63,071 bases of DNA, from positions 248,001 through 311,071 of the forward strand of contig MU053994.1 of NCBI GenBank assembly GCA_013239625.1. Direction: 5' to 3'. The translations under genes and the position numbers were made by a program. This stretch comes from Lama guanicoe (Eukaryota). Positions within the stretch are counted from its first letter, which is position 1; every line of letters begins with the position of its first letter. The notes beneath the pieces are model-generated. The model did no database searches. It saw only the letters and a program-made list of their open reading frames with translations, and was not told the DNA's origin. This document shows, piece after piece, positions 14,001 to 27,138 of the stretch.

Positions 14001-14725
14001 GAGGAACTCAGGCAGCTGGCATCTTAAACTTGCCACACCACAGAGACCTCAGTGGCTGTAGGTGCAATCCCAGCCTCTGGTGGGGGTGGGGTAGGAAGCA
14101 GGGAGAGATTCAGGTGGCTAGCATCATCCAACAGAGTACCTGTGGGGCAAAAGAGCGATCTGCCAGGGATCCGTGGCAGCTGTGCTGCCCGTTGTCTTCA
14201 GCAGTGGGGAAATGGGCTGAGGTTTTCTGCGGAGCAGGTCTCGGTGAACCAGGATCATTGCCACTGCGCGTGTGCTAATAATAGCCTCCACTTTCCTTCC
14301 TTGTCTAGGGAGCTTCACACATCTCCACTTTGCTGGTCAGGGTGGGGTGAAACTGAAGCGGAACCTTCCATGCAGTGTCCCAAGAAACTGAGGAAGCTGT
14401 CACTCAGCCCACTCTTAAGGAAGGGGTGAGTCCTGGTGAGGGGAACTCTTTCTAGCTGGGAAGTTCCTTCTTGGTCCTCAACAGTGCCAGCTGGGGGAAT
14501 GGGATGATGCGGGCAAAATGATTTTGTTTTTCTTCTCTTTTTGTGTGATTCTTTTTTTATTTTATTTTTATTTATTTATTTTTTTTTTTGGTTCCACGGT
14601 GTTGTTAAAAGTTCCTAAGCGGACTCTAGAGGTCTCCCAGAGCTGCTGTTCTTCATGGATAGAGTCTCATCCTTGATCTTTGTAGGGAGACCAGGACGCT
14701 GGGTTCTCCTATGTCACTATTCCAT
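11066..14725 (-). mobile_element. Degenerate L1 5' portion (5' UTR, ORF1 remnant, ORF2 endonuclease remnant), interrupted by a nested L1 3' end
   Basis: Minus-strand ORF 12270-12683 (LWDTIERNIVYITGVPEG..ENFPNL..RHIITKL) is ORF1p-like; 11473-11664 (IYALNIRAPKYIKQIL..AGDFNTLLSTMDR) is L1 endonuclease-like; GC-rich 5' UTR-like sequence ~13100-14500. Confidence 0.9.
11750..12257 (-). mobile_element. 5'-truncated L1 3' end nested in the older L1
   Basis: T-rich tail then ttattgaagtatagttgatt...ctgtgctatacagtaggacc...ggtccatccatgttgctgcaaat, an L1 3' UTR/ORF2-end pattern also seen at 20917, 54725, 56085 and 60985. Confidence 0.88.
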
Positions 14726-16293
14726 AACCTCATTTTCACTTACGAATAGACCTATTAAGAAATGGAATTATTTTGCTTGGAGAAAACAAGGCTTTAGAGG
14801 GACTCAATAATATTTATGAAATCGACTTTTTGATATTTGTTTTCTTTATGAAGTATTTCTATCTGGCAGAAAATGGCCAGTTGTTGTCCATATCATGTGT
14901 GTGTTATGAAATCAAGTTGCATGAGGAAGAAGCTAAGTTATAAAAGGGCAGAATTTCTCAACTCTGAATGATGTTGGGTAAAAAGCAAACTGCCGACAGA
15001 GGCTAGGAAATCTGACCCCTAGAGATTTCCAAAAATTTGACAAAAGATCAACGAGGTGGTCTGAGAATCTTTGAAAACTATAATCTTTAATATCTTTTGT
15101 GGTGACTGGGGAATGACGTAGTCTCAGTGTTCCAGTTCATCATAATTATTGCTAACTGATTAGCAGTTTTCAAGGAAGAAATTCAGTCCTGATATATACT
15201 ATTTTGTGGACAAAAGGAAGTACTTAGAAAGATTGTACACTGTGAGTTTGTTTTCACAATCTTACTCTCAGAACTAACCACCTGGAGACTGCACCTGTCT
15301 GACTTCTGGAAACAGCCTATATATTATATTCTGAAACTTCATCCTTCCAAGAAGTCTATTCCAAATATAGTAAATCTGACATATATAAAAATTGGACTCG
15401 ATGTTCATAACTTTTAGAATTACATTGAAATATTAAGTAATCACCAAGTTTACCATTATGTTAGATCCCTTGATTGCTAAACATGACTTCTTCTTTTCAG
15501 TCATGCAATTCCCAATTAAGTAACAATAAAATCACTAGCCCTCCCACTCACATAGAAAAAGCTAAACATCACTCTTTCCGGTCAGATGGGGGCAGATTCA
15601 GGGCATAAGGAATGAATCACTTTTGTATTTCCTGAGATTTCAGAGCCAATTTCAGATATCTTTGCATTGTTTGATAACAAAAAAGAATTAGGCTATCAAA
15701 ACATCTCCTGGTTATAGTTAACGCACCTGTATTGGCTGAAAATCACCCGAGCCCACTATTCACATGGTAGCAATTCCAAATCTAGCTGATGTAAGGCAGC
15801 AGAGATGATCATCCTATTTTCCAATTGAGGGCTCTGCATCACCCACGGCTAAAATATTAAACTCAGACATCTGTGTTGTCAACTTCCTGATGGATTTATT
15901 ACTCGGTGTTTCGAACTAATAGGGCCAATGTGCCTGTGACTTTACTGAGATCAAAGGCAACGGCGAGTTTGACCAAATCCAACTCACAATAGAAGTAGGC
16001 TGTAAAACATCTTTCAAGAATCTGAGTTTTTGCACTTTTTTCCTTTGTAGAAAACATTCAGCAAATTTTACTTTCCATTTGGTATGCATAAAAATGCATT
16101 TTGAGAAATCGTCTTCCTCTTTAAGATATTGTATATGAAAGGGCGTGGAAATGGGAATGGGGGGAAATGAAACATCACTAGCTGATACCAGCATTAACTA
16201 GAGGGAGTGAAACAAAATAGGGGATATTAAAATAAAGCGGAGGCATGAGACATTATTTTTCCTTGTTTTAAAAAAGTAAATAATGTTTAAGTT

Positions 16294-16812
16294 GATTGCA
16301 ATTTGGCCCCAATTTTCCACTTCTCTCTGTATCCCTGTCCTCTGCAATGTGACTTCACAGTTTCTTCCATCCAAAGGAGGAGTCGTTGTGCTCACCCCTT
16401 GAATATGGGCTGTTCTCGTGACTTGCTCTGACCAACAGAATGCAGTAGAATTGATGTCTGAGTTCCAGAATGTAGAGCTCAAGAAACCTAGCATGCTTCT
16501 CTTCTCTCTTTTGCTGCTCTACCTTTTCCAAGACAGTATGCCCAGGCTAGCTTGCTTGAAGGTGAAACATGTAGGATGGACAGAGCAGATTCAGCATAGT
16601 AGTGCCAGCCAAGACACCAGACGTATGAGAGAGAGAGCCCAAGATTGACAGAACTTCCTAGGCAACCCACTGCTGACTATGGATACATAAGTGAGTCAGC
16701 TCACATCAACGGAGCCATCCAGATGACCTCCAGATGCATGGGACATAGTAAATCGTTCTTGCTTTAAGCCTCTATATTGAAAGTAATTTGTTACACGACA
16801 AAGCTACTGACA
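16294..16812 (+). mobile_element. MaLR (MLT1-type) LTR
   Basis: gtgacttgctctgaccaacagaatgcagtagaa...ttgctttaagcctct...gtaatttgttacac...actgaca, typical MLT1 motifs and 3' end. Confidence 0.7.
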
Positions 16813-19205
16813 GAAATTGTATCAAACATTGATGAAAATGATCCTGGAGGGGTCCAAGATGCAAGTTGTAGGTGATTATATTCATGCTTACATTGCATGG
16901 GAAACTTTTCTGGGGATTACTATAAAGAACATATTGGCTTTACTAGGAGTAAAACACTGTATTCTCTGAATTGTCATGACTTATGTGGAGTTATACTTGC
17001 TTTGAAAATCCCTGGGATCATGGACCGCAAAGGTGTAGCCATTCAGAAAATACAGGTAATATCTTTTAGACAGTTCTAATAACTAGCACCTTGTTCCATC
17101 TATGTAGAAACAAGCTATCTGGCAATCCCACTGTCTGAAATAGAAGTGAAAACTGGGGATGAGGGCAGGAGGAAGTGTCTGAGCCCCCAAAATAAAACTA
17201 AAATCCACAAACAGTACATTAAACTCTGGCAAAGTGCATCTTAAATTCACTCAGTGCTTTTTTGTACTTGCCCTAACAAGTTTAGTGATCTTGGTCCCAA
17301 ACCCATAGTTGATGAGAAGAGGCAAGTTCAAAGAAGAGGGAAGGCTTATTAGCAACAGACACACAATGCTAGCAAGTGACGTCTGAGAACCTAAAGAAAG
17401 GGCAAAGAAAGAAATGCTACGAACAGACTTAAAACCTTGGAAGCATAGCAATATGGTGTCATTTGGTGTAAGGGAAAAGAGGTTCATATACCTCAACCGA
17501 ACTTAAAGGCATCATTTACTGTATTTCTTCATTCATTTATTTATAGCCAACAAATGCTATATACACTGAGCTTTTTCTCTGGTAGGTGTACTAGCCAGAA
17601 CCTAAAGGGCTGAGAATATTAATTAGAGCCTATAATTGGGCATAATAACATATGTAATGGCGATGATGTTTTTAATACTTGATTCACAAAAGAGTGAAAT
17701 CATGTTAAGTCAACTAAAATATTCATGCACAATAGTTAAAATTTTTGCCTATGTGTAAAAGGTAAATTTTCAGTTATCTGGAAAGTGCAGACATTGAGAA
17801 TGACTCATTCCAGAGTGTTCTGAGATGGCCTAAGTTTTGTATTAGTGGTGTGTCTAATAGTAAGTTAGTATGTCTAATATGAGTTTTGTGCAGTGTGTCC
17901 ATTTCCAGTACAGGAATGTCCACATTTCTTGGAGAAAGGAAAGAAGAACTTGTGTAGATTTTCCTTAAAGAAGTATAATTTGTTTGTTTATGATTAAAGA
18001 TAAAAATAAAGAATTAGGTTGCTTTAAAAATGGGGAGGGGAAAACAAAATTACATGATACTGAAGGCATGAAAAGAAGAAAAATAGTTTCACTCGTCTAA
18101 AAATAATGCCCTAAATCTGCTGAAAGTGAAAAATACAGACTACACTAACAACTTTTTTTACTTTTCACTTTCTTACTGGTGTTTAAAAACAAAATTAGTT
18201 ATTTTCAGAAATGAGGAAGTTTTGACCTGCTGGATCAAGTTCGGCTGCAGGTGGTGTTGATTGCTTTCAGATGGCAGAGAACTGTAAGCTCATCTCTAAG
18301 TAGATTAAACCGGGAAAATGAATCCAAAGCATGCCTAGCACTTAGAAAAATTACTGCCTCATTAAATAGTCATGAAACCCACAAGTCACATGGAAAAGAC
18401 AGACACTTCCAGTTCAAGATGGTGACCTGACCCTAAGCAATTCTCCTTCTTGCTCTCTCGCCCAGGACTCTCAAAGCACATTCAAAAATAACAATAGTAT
18501 CACCCATGCAAAAAGAATAGAGGAGAACCATCAAGGGATAAAAGAGTTCAACATATTCCTAGAAGCTGGATCATTGGTAGAGAAATGCTCATTCATGAAC
18601 TGGGATGAAGGAAACCAAAACCAGAATTCTGTGAGGAGAAGGCTGGAGCTTAGCAAGATGCTTACCTAGCCTGAAGAATGCCAGAGGATTTAGCGACATG
18701 GAAATACCAGATAAAAAGGAGGAGAATAGTGACAACGGTGACTGAAAAGACTGCAATCCATCATCCAACCAATGAAAGTTCCAGAAAGAGTACAGAAATA
18801 GCAGATGGAAGAAAAGCATCAAAGACAACATAATTTATCTGAGCTAAAATTATATGCTGTCTCAGCTTAGGTCCTCTAGAAAGCAGAGTTTAAAGCAAAG
18901 ATTAAAGTACTGATAATGCTGGGTGTAAGCCCAGGGCAGTGATGGTGAGAAACAGGGGAAGTGAAGCAAGGAAGTATGAAGCACCAGATGTGAAGCATCA
19001 CTGCACTGGCCGCCAATTCACAAGGACCCCAAGTTCATTAGGTGTGTATGCTCAGTGCTTGGGTCTTTTCTGGAAGGACTTTGACAGGTGCTGCACCTCC
19101 AAGTGGTCCAGGAAAGAGAGAAAGGGATGGGAATTTATCTTCTCAGTATATTATTCTGGTCTGTTTTCCACTGATCGAGACTCACTCCATGGTAATATAA
19201 CTTCC

Positions 19206-19279
19206 TATGATATTGCAATATAATAAGAAAAAAATCTATCTATCTATTGTCTGTCTATCTATCTAACTATCTATCTATC

Positions 19280-19334
<55 letters not shown>

Positions 19335-20159
19335 ATTCCAGGATGCTGGCCAGATCTCCTAAAACCTTTGTAATTCCCTAAGCAGTAAAGGTGCTGGAAA
19401 CATCTTTTGTTCTAATATTTGGTCTTTGACTCCAGTTCCTGACATAGAGCTCCTAAATCTCTTGGAACTCCCTGAGTGATGGGAACGTCTTTGATTCTAA
19501 TGCGGTACCTCTTGGTGGACTTCTAGATAGCTTCAGGATGGAGGTTGGTTGTCTGAAAGGCCAAGCTATGATTAGAAGCAGGGAAATTTCAGCCTCACTT
19601 CCCCATCCTCCAGAGAGGGGAGAGGTGCTAGAGATTAAGTTAATAATTGACCCTGCCTATGTGATGAAGCCTCCATTAAAGTCTCTGAACAGCAGAGTTT
19701 GGAGACCCTCCAGGTTGCTGAACACATTGAGGTGCTGAGAGGGTGATGCACCCCAAGAGGGCATGGAATCTCTGCCACTGCTCCCACATACCTTGCCATA
19801 TTCATTTAGCTATTCCTGAGTTGTATCCTTTTATAATGAACTGGTAAGTCAAATGTTTTCCTGAGTTCTGTGAGCCAATCTAACAAATGATCAGACCTGA
19901 GGAGGGGATGGTGGTAACCCTGATTTATAGCCAATCGACAAACTGGGACTTGTGATGATTGGCGTCTGAAATGGGAGCAGTCTCGTGGGACTGAGCCTTT
20001 AACTTGTGGAATCTGTTAGTAGATGGTGTCAGAACTGAACTGAATTGTAGGATACCCAGCTTGTGTTGGAAAACTGGTCGGTGAGGAGGAAAATCCACAC
20101 ATTTGGTGAGCAGAAGTGAAGTAGTGTTGAGAGAAGAAACAGGATTTTTCTTTTTCACA
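19206..20159 (+). mobile_element. MER21-like ERV LTR carrying a (TATC)n tract, nested in an MLT2-like LTR
   Basis: Starts tatgatattg, contains gagctcctaaatctcttggaa and ttcctgagttctgtgagcc, ends tttcaca. Confidence 0.7.
19234..19331 (+). repeat. (TATC)n / GATA tetranucleotide microsatellite, imperfect 5' part
   Basis: Directly visible. Confidence 0.95.
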
Positions 20160-20916
20160 GCCTCCTCCGTCAATGACACGTACTTCTGGGCTGCATCGTC
20201 CAGCCTCAGTGACGTGTCAGGAACTAGATATTACGCCCTGTTCTGGGGACACTTCATTCATTGAAGTCTGGAAGGAAAGGAGCCACCCTACACAGATGAG
20301 GCTCTGGCCAAGAGAGAAAGAAAAGAGACATTTGATGGAATTGAGCACATAGTTTATGTCCTATAACCCAGCTAAACAAGTGTAGGGAAGAATAAAGACA
20401 TTTTCTGACCTCCATGTTCTTTTTCTTTCTTTTTTGAATCATTTCTTGGTATATATGTAAAGCAAAATGTATAATAAACACTAATCTTAAGTGTGTACAA
20501 CTCGGTAAATTTTTTACGTACGTCAGTGTCATGTAACACCACACAGATCAAGATGTAGAACTTTTACAAAACCCGATTTCCCTCATGCCCCTTGACAGTC
20601 AATACCCTGCCCCTTAGAGGTAACCACTGTTATGACTGCTAATACCACACACTTGTTTTTCATATAAATAGAATCCTGTGGTATATGCAGTTTTGTGTCT
20701 GGCGCAAAAACCTTCCTGCGCTTGATCCATGTTGTGTGCAGCAGGAATTTGTTCCTTTCTACTGTGGTGTAATCTTCAATTGTATGATGCCACTGAAATG
20801 CATTTGTCCATTCTTCCATTAATAAACATTTGGTTCATTCCCAATGCATTCATTTCTCTTGAGCATATATATAGGAGCCAGATTCCTAGACCATTGGGTG
20901 GTGTAGGTTTAGTTTT

Positions 20917-21165
20917 TTATTTTTAATTGAAGTATAGTTGATTTACAATGTTGTGTTAGTTTCTGGTATACAGCATAGTGATTCAGTTATACACATATAT
21001 ATATTTCTTTTCATATTCTTTTTCATTATAGGCTATTGCAAGGTACTGAATATAGTTTTCTGTGCTATACAGTAAGACTTTGTTATTTATCTATTTTATG
21101 TATTGTAGTATGTATCTGCTAATCCTGAACTCCCAATTTATCCCTCCATCCCCCTCCCTTTAGCC
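20917..21165 (-). mobile_element. L1 3' end fragment
   Basis: tttttaattgaagtatagttgatttacaatg...tgtgctatacagtaag...aactcccaatttatccc. Confidence 0.85.
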
Positions 21166-21760
21166 TCAATAGATACTGTAAGAGTTTTCCAAAGTGGTTG
21201 TCCCAATTTATATTCCTACTAGCACACTATGAAGGTATGGTAATTAAGGGCAAGGATATAAAATAGGCTGTATATATATTTTTCAAGTTTATATATTCAA
21301 GTTAATATATATATATATAAATCAATCAAGTTAATATATATTAGCTTGATTTAAACCAAATGTACCATTGCAATTAAGTCAAGGGAAAGGATGGTCTGTT
21401 CTATAAATGGTGCTGGAGCAATTATATATCCATATGGAATAATAGAAGCCTTGACCTCTACCTCACACCATGCCCCCAAATTAGAGATTAACATAGACCT
21501 AAGTGACCTAAGTGGAAAAAGTAACAAATAAAACTTCTAGAATAAAACATAGGAGACTATATTTATGATCTTAGGAGTAGGCAAAGATTTCATAAACAGT
21601 ATGTGATGAGCACTAACCACAAAAGAAAAAAATTAAAAACCAGACTTTATAAAATTAGGAACTTCTGTTCATCAAAAAAAAAATTACTAAGAAAGTGAAA
21701 AACTATAGCCTGGGAGAAAATATTTTTAATATATATATCCAAAAAGGACTCATATTCCAA

Positions 21761-21937
21761 GATTATACTGTATAGCACAGGGAAATATATACAAGATCCT
21801 GTGGTAGCTCACAGCAAAAAAAAATGTGACAATGAACATATGTATGTTCAAGTATAACTGAAAAATTGTGCTCTACATTGGAATTTGACACAACATAGTA
21901 AAGTGACTATAACTCAATAAAAAAAGTTAAAAAAAAA
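21761..21937 (+). mobile_element. Short 5'-truncated L1 3' end with A tail and target-site duplication
   Basis: ctgtatagcacagggaaatatatacaag...gactataactcaataaaaaaagttaaaaaaaaa, flanked by actcatattcca on both sides. Confidence 0.85.
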
Positions 21938-22448
21938 GAACTCATATTCCAGATATATAAAGAACCTGTATAGCTCTATAAGAAAGAGACAAAAAAAATC
22001 ATTTAATGGACAAAACACTTGGACAGTCACTTCTCAACAAAATATATCTAAATAGCCAATAAAGATGAAAATTCTCAATATTATCAGCCATCAGGAAAAT
22101 GCAAATCAAAATCACAAGGCAAAACCACCTCATACCGACAAATACAGCTAAAATTTAAAACTTTTGGTGTTAGTGGGGACATGGAGTAACTGGAACTCTT
22201 AAGACATCTTCAGATTTTTAGGTACACTAAAATTAACCTATAACTCTTAAGAAGTCACTTGAGGCCATTATTTTTTTAAAAAACGAGGAAATAACCTAAA
22301 ACAAATGAGGAAATAGGATCTAGAAAGCAATGGTTCTAATCCAGGAATGCAGAGAAAGAGTGTCCCAGGATTATGGCTGTGCAGTATTTTGGGCTGAACA
22401 GGTTTTCAGACGGAAGCAGGAGAAAAGAATTCTCCAACAAGATCTGCA

Positions 22449-25400
22449 GGGCAGAAGGGCCAAGATGGCGGAGCAGAAGGACGTGCGTAGCTCACTCTCT
22501 CCCACAGATAGGCCAAGACTGACACCCCCGGACCCACCCAGCCACTCAGAACACCTGGGGAACTTTGACAGAACATCATCTTCAAAAGGCAAAATATGCC
22601 ACGAATCTGGTAGGAGAAAAGGGAAAAAGAAGGAAGGAAAGGGAAAACAGTGCGGGACCGGTCCCACAGGGAGGGAGCGGCAAAGGAGGAATAGGGCTCG
22701 GTCGCTGGGTCTCCCGTCTCCAACGGAGAGGCTAGCGGGATGGAGGGGGAGCCTCCGAAGCTCGGATCTGTACAAAACGGCTCTTGACCAACAGAACTAA
22801 GTTAAATGGGCACGGAGGGTCCCCGCGACCCCCAGCCCGAGACGCGAGGCGGTAGCTGGGGGCCGGGACAGGCTGCCCGAGCCAGGCGGAGGACGGGGGC
22901 CGGGGTACAGAGGCAGCCCCGGGGGACTGCAGGGTGCTGTGCGCCGTGGCTGAGAGGGGATACAGAGCAGAACAACATGGGTCCCCCATAAAATGCGAAA
23001 AAAAAAAAGGCAAAGCAGCACTGCTGGTGTGCCCTGGGGGGAGGGGTGCCACAGCTTTTGTCTCCTCAGACCTAGGGCACCATTACTGGGTGTTCTCGCG
23101 AGAAGGGAGGCGGGGCGCAGCCACAGCCGCCGTATCCTCAGGTGCGCGGCTCCCAGTTAGAGGCAGGCTGGAAACCTGAATCCATGCTTAGGGGCTCCGC
23201 GACCTCTTAGGCAGGACTGAAACTTGTTTACAGCCCCAGGCAGAGGGAAACATTCTGCTCCGGTGCCTCTGTGAACTCGCTCCTCTAAGACAAATGAACA
23301 AGGGGCAGAGTTCTGTCACAGAGCAGGGCGAGGGCTGGTGCGGCCGTTTCCTGCCAGCCTGTCTGCGGAGCGCAGACCTGACGCGGAGCGGGGAGCTGCC
23401 CTGAGCAGGGGAGCGACCCGCCCTACTACCGTGCACGAGCGCGGGGCCGGGATGCTGCGCTGGGAGAAGGCTCCACGGGCCGCCAACCAGCACTGGGAGC
23501 AGCACAGACCTGGGGCACAACCCGAGGGCGTGTGGAACCAGGGAGCCCAGTTCGCGCAGCAGGGCAAAGGGCAGGAGCGGCGACAACCACAGAACAAAAA
23601 CGAGCCCCCGCTCAATAGTCAGGGCAGGCTCTGGGCACCAGAACACCGGCCACACCCCCAACCAAAGGCAAAGGCATGGAAGGAAGACTTGGCAACCAGC
23701 CATACTTAAGAAGGACCTCTTGACAAAATTATTAAGAGTGTACAGTCTCCATGGGAACACATCCACCTTTTTTTCTTCTTTTTTTAATTTTTAATTTTTT
23801 AAATTATTTATCTTTCTATTTTTAATCCCTTTTAAAATTTTCTTTAAAATTTTTAAATTAATTTTTAAAATTTGTCTCAATTTGATTTTTATTTCTCTTT
23901 GTTTTGTTCTTCTGTTACTGATTATACTGTGTTTTCAAATCTTTTTTCTTCTTTAAAATTTTTTTCTTAGTTTTATTTCCACATCTGCTTTAGATAAATA
24001 AATAAATAAACCCCTTCAGGACCACAGTAGATAACTGATACTCCATAACCCATAGTGCCAAAGAGATATAAGAAAAATGAAGAAGCAGAGGAACCACTCG
24101 CAATTAAAAGAACAAGAGAAATCCCCTGAAAGAATGATCAATGAAATAGATCTTGATAGTCTACTAGATCATGATTTCAAAAAGGGAGTGATCAAAGTAC
24201 TGAAGGAACTAAAAGAGATTGTGTATAGAGATAGAATATGTCAAAAAGGAAATTGAAACTATAAAGAGGAGCCAATTAAAATTGGGAAACTCATTTGCTG
24301 AGATGAGAGCTGATCTAAAGGCTGTAAAAAGTAGGCTAGATAATGCAGAGGAATAAATAAGTTACTTAGAAGACAGGACAACAGAAATCACCCAATCAGA
24401 ACAGCTGAAAGAAAAACATAAAAACCAGTGAAAACAATAAAGGGACGTATGAGATAATATAAAGCATGCCAATCTATGCATAATAGGGGTCCCAGAAGAA
24501 GAAGAAAGAGCAAAGGGGATTGAAAAGGTATTTGAAGAAATCATGACTGAAAATTTCCCAAACCTAAAGAAGGAATCAAATATCCAAGTACAGGAAGCAC
24601 AGAAGGTCCCAAACAAGAAAAACCCAAAGAGTCCCACACCGAGACATATCATAATCAGGATGACCAGGGTTAAGGATAAAGAAATGATTCTAAAAGCAGC
24701 AAGAGAAAAACAAAGAGTTAGAAGGGAACCCCCATAAGGCTTTCAGCTGATTTCTCAACACAAACACTGCAGGCCAGAAGGGAGTGGCAAGGTATATTCA
24801 AAGTCCTGAATAAGAAAAAGATGCAGCCTAGGATACTCTATCCAGCAAGGCTATCCTTTAGAATAGAGGGAGAGATAAAGAACTTCACAGACAAGCAGAA
24901 ACTAGAAGAGTTTAGCAACACTAAACCCATGCTGAAAGAAATATTGACAGGTCTACTCTAAATAGAAAAGAAACAGGATGCTACAGAAAGGAGAAAACCA
25001 TAATTGGAAAGGCAATAACTACAATGAATTACAACAGAATAAACATGAAATTGTAAAAGAGGACATCTAAATCACTAAGGGTGGGAGAGGGGACCAAGAA
25101 AATATATTTTTTTCTTTTCTTTTTTTGTTCTCAGTAGGATGGGTTTGAGCTTATATTACTATCAGTTTAAAACAAACAGATATAGTAATGGGTTAATATA
25201 CATACAAAACAGGGTAACCACAAATCAGAAGCTTACAACAGAGTCACAAAAACTAAAAAGATACCAAGATAATGCAAAGGAAAATTATCATACTACAAAA
25301 AAGAAAAAGGAAAAAAGTGGAAATACGAAATCAACTGCAAAACTAAGTTCAAAATGGCAATAAACACACATCTATTGATAATTACTGTAAGTGTCAATGG

Positions 25401-26520
25401 ACTAAATGCTCCAATCAAAAGACATAGAGTGGCAGACTGGATAATAAAGCAAGAACCTTCAATATGCTGCATACAAGAGACCCACTTTAGGGAGAAGGAC
25501 ACATACAGATTGAGACTGAAAGGATGGAAAAGGTTATTCCATGCAAATGGAAAAGCCAAAACAACAGGTGTAGCAGTATTGATTTCAGACAAAATTACAC
25601 TTTAAAACAAAGGCCATAAAGAAAGATAAAGAAGGGCATTTTATAATGATTAAAGGAGTAATACAAGATGAGGATATTACACTCGTTAATATATATGCAC
25701 CCAATACAGGAACACCTAAGTACATAAAGCAACTACTAACAGAGATAAAGGAGAAAATTGATGGCACTACAATCATTGTTGGAGATTTAAACACCACAGT
25801 AACATCACTAAACAGATCTTCCAGACAGAAAATAAATTAGGCAACAGAAACTAAATGATACAACAGAACAATTAAACTTGGTTGATATTTTCAGAACATT
25901 ACATCCCCCCAAAATAGATTATACATTCAAGTGCACATGGAACATTTTCTAGGATAGATCATGTACTCAGGCACAAAAGAAGCCTCAACAAATTTAAGAA
26001 TATAGAAATTCTTTCAAGCATCTTTTCTGACTACAATGCCATGAAACTAGAAATCAACAACAGAGAAAGAAAGGAGAAAAAAAGGAAAGCATGGAGATTG
26101 ACCAATATGCTACTGAAAGATCAATGGGTCAATGATGAAATCAAAGGAGAAATTAAAAAATACTTTGAGACAAACAACAATGAAAACATAACCACATCAA
26201 AATCTATGGGATGCGGCAAGAGGAGTCCTAAGAGGGAAGTTCATAGCGATACAGGCCTTCCTCAAAAAAAGAACAATCTCAAATGAAGAATCTAACCTAC
26301 CAGCTAAAAGAATTAGAGAAAGAAGAGCAAAAAAGCCCGAAAGTCAGCAGAAGGAAGGAAATAATAAAGATCAGGGAGGAAATAAATAAAATGGAGATTA
26401 AAAAATAATAGAAAAAATCAATCAAACCAAGAGCTGGTTTTTTGAAAGAGTAGACAAAATTGACAAACCTCTGGCCAAGCTCACCAAGAAGAGAAAAGAG
26501 AGAGCACAAATAAGCAAAAT
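22449..26520 (+). mobile_element. L1 with intact 5' end (CpG-rich 5' UTR, disrupted ORF1 ~24077-24961, disrupted ORF2 from 25354), truncated before the reverse transcriptase domain
   Basis: Starts with a YY1-type caagatggcgg; ORF1-like MTENFPNLKKE..PRHIIIRM; ORF2 start MAINTHLLIITVSVNGLNAPIKRHRVADWI..CCIQETH, NIYAPN, IVGDLNT; stops and frameshifts present. Confidence 0.95.
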
Positions 26521-26827
26521 CACATCTCCAGGAAATAAAGGAACTTAATGGAATAAGTAAAGTAATAGAGAGTTGGGTTGCTGAGCATGTGGTACAAGCA
26601 TTTGATGAAAATTAAAAAAAAGACAAAACCAGGAATCCATTCTGACATAACTCTAGGAATATTCTCTTTTTAGTGGTATAGATATGACCTTATATCTATA
26701 GAGAATGAAAAATAATACTAGCACACAACTCAGATGAAGTTAATAATAATATTATTTTACATATTATCATATAATATAATGTCATAGTAATGTAAATGCC
26801 ATTGGTTTTCTAATTGTAGGGTTAATA

Positions 26828-27138
26828 CAAACATACATCAATTTATTGTACTTCCCTTTATTGTGCTTTGCAGGTGTTGGATTTTTTACACATTGAAAAT
26901 TTGCGGCAACCCTGCGTGGAGCAAGTCTATTGGTGCCATTTTTCCAACAGCATTATTTTTTAATTAAGGTATGTACATTTTTTAAGACATAATGCTATTG
27001 CACACTTAAAAGACTACAGTATAGTATTAACATAACTTTTATATGCACTGGGAAATCAAAAACCCGTGTGACTTGCTTTATTGAGATATTTGCTTTATTG
27101 TGGTGGTCTGGAACTATAGCATCTCTGACGTCTGCCTG
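26828..27138 (+). mobile_element. Internally deleted Tigger1-type (TcMar) DNA transposon
   Basis: Both Tigger1-like ends present (ctttattgtgctttgcag...gcaaccctgcgtggagcaagtctattggtgccatttttccaacagca; tttattgtggtggtctggaac...tctgcctg), flanked by TA on each side. Confidence 0.85.

Noticed and set aside
24077..26520. Active L1 ORF1/ORF2
   Set aside because: Multiple stops and frameshifts, and no RT domain; not retrotransposition competent
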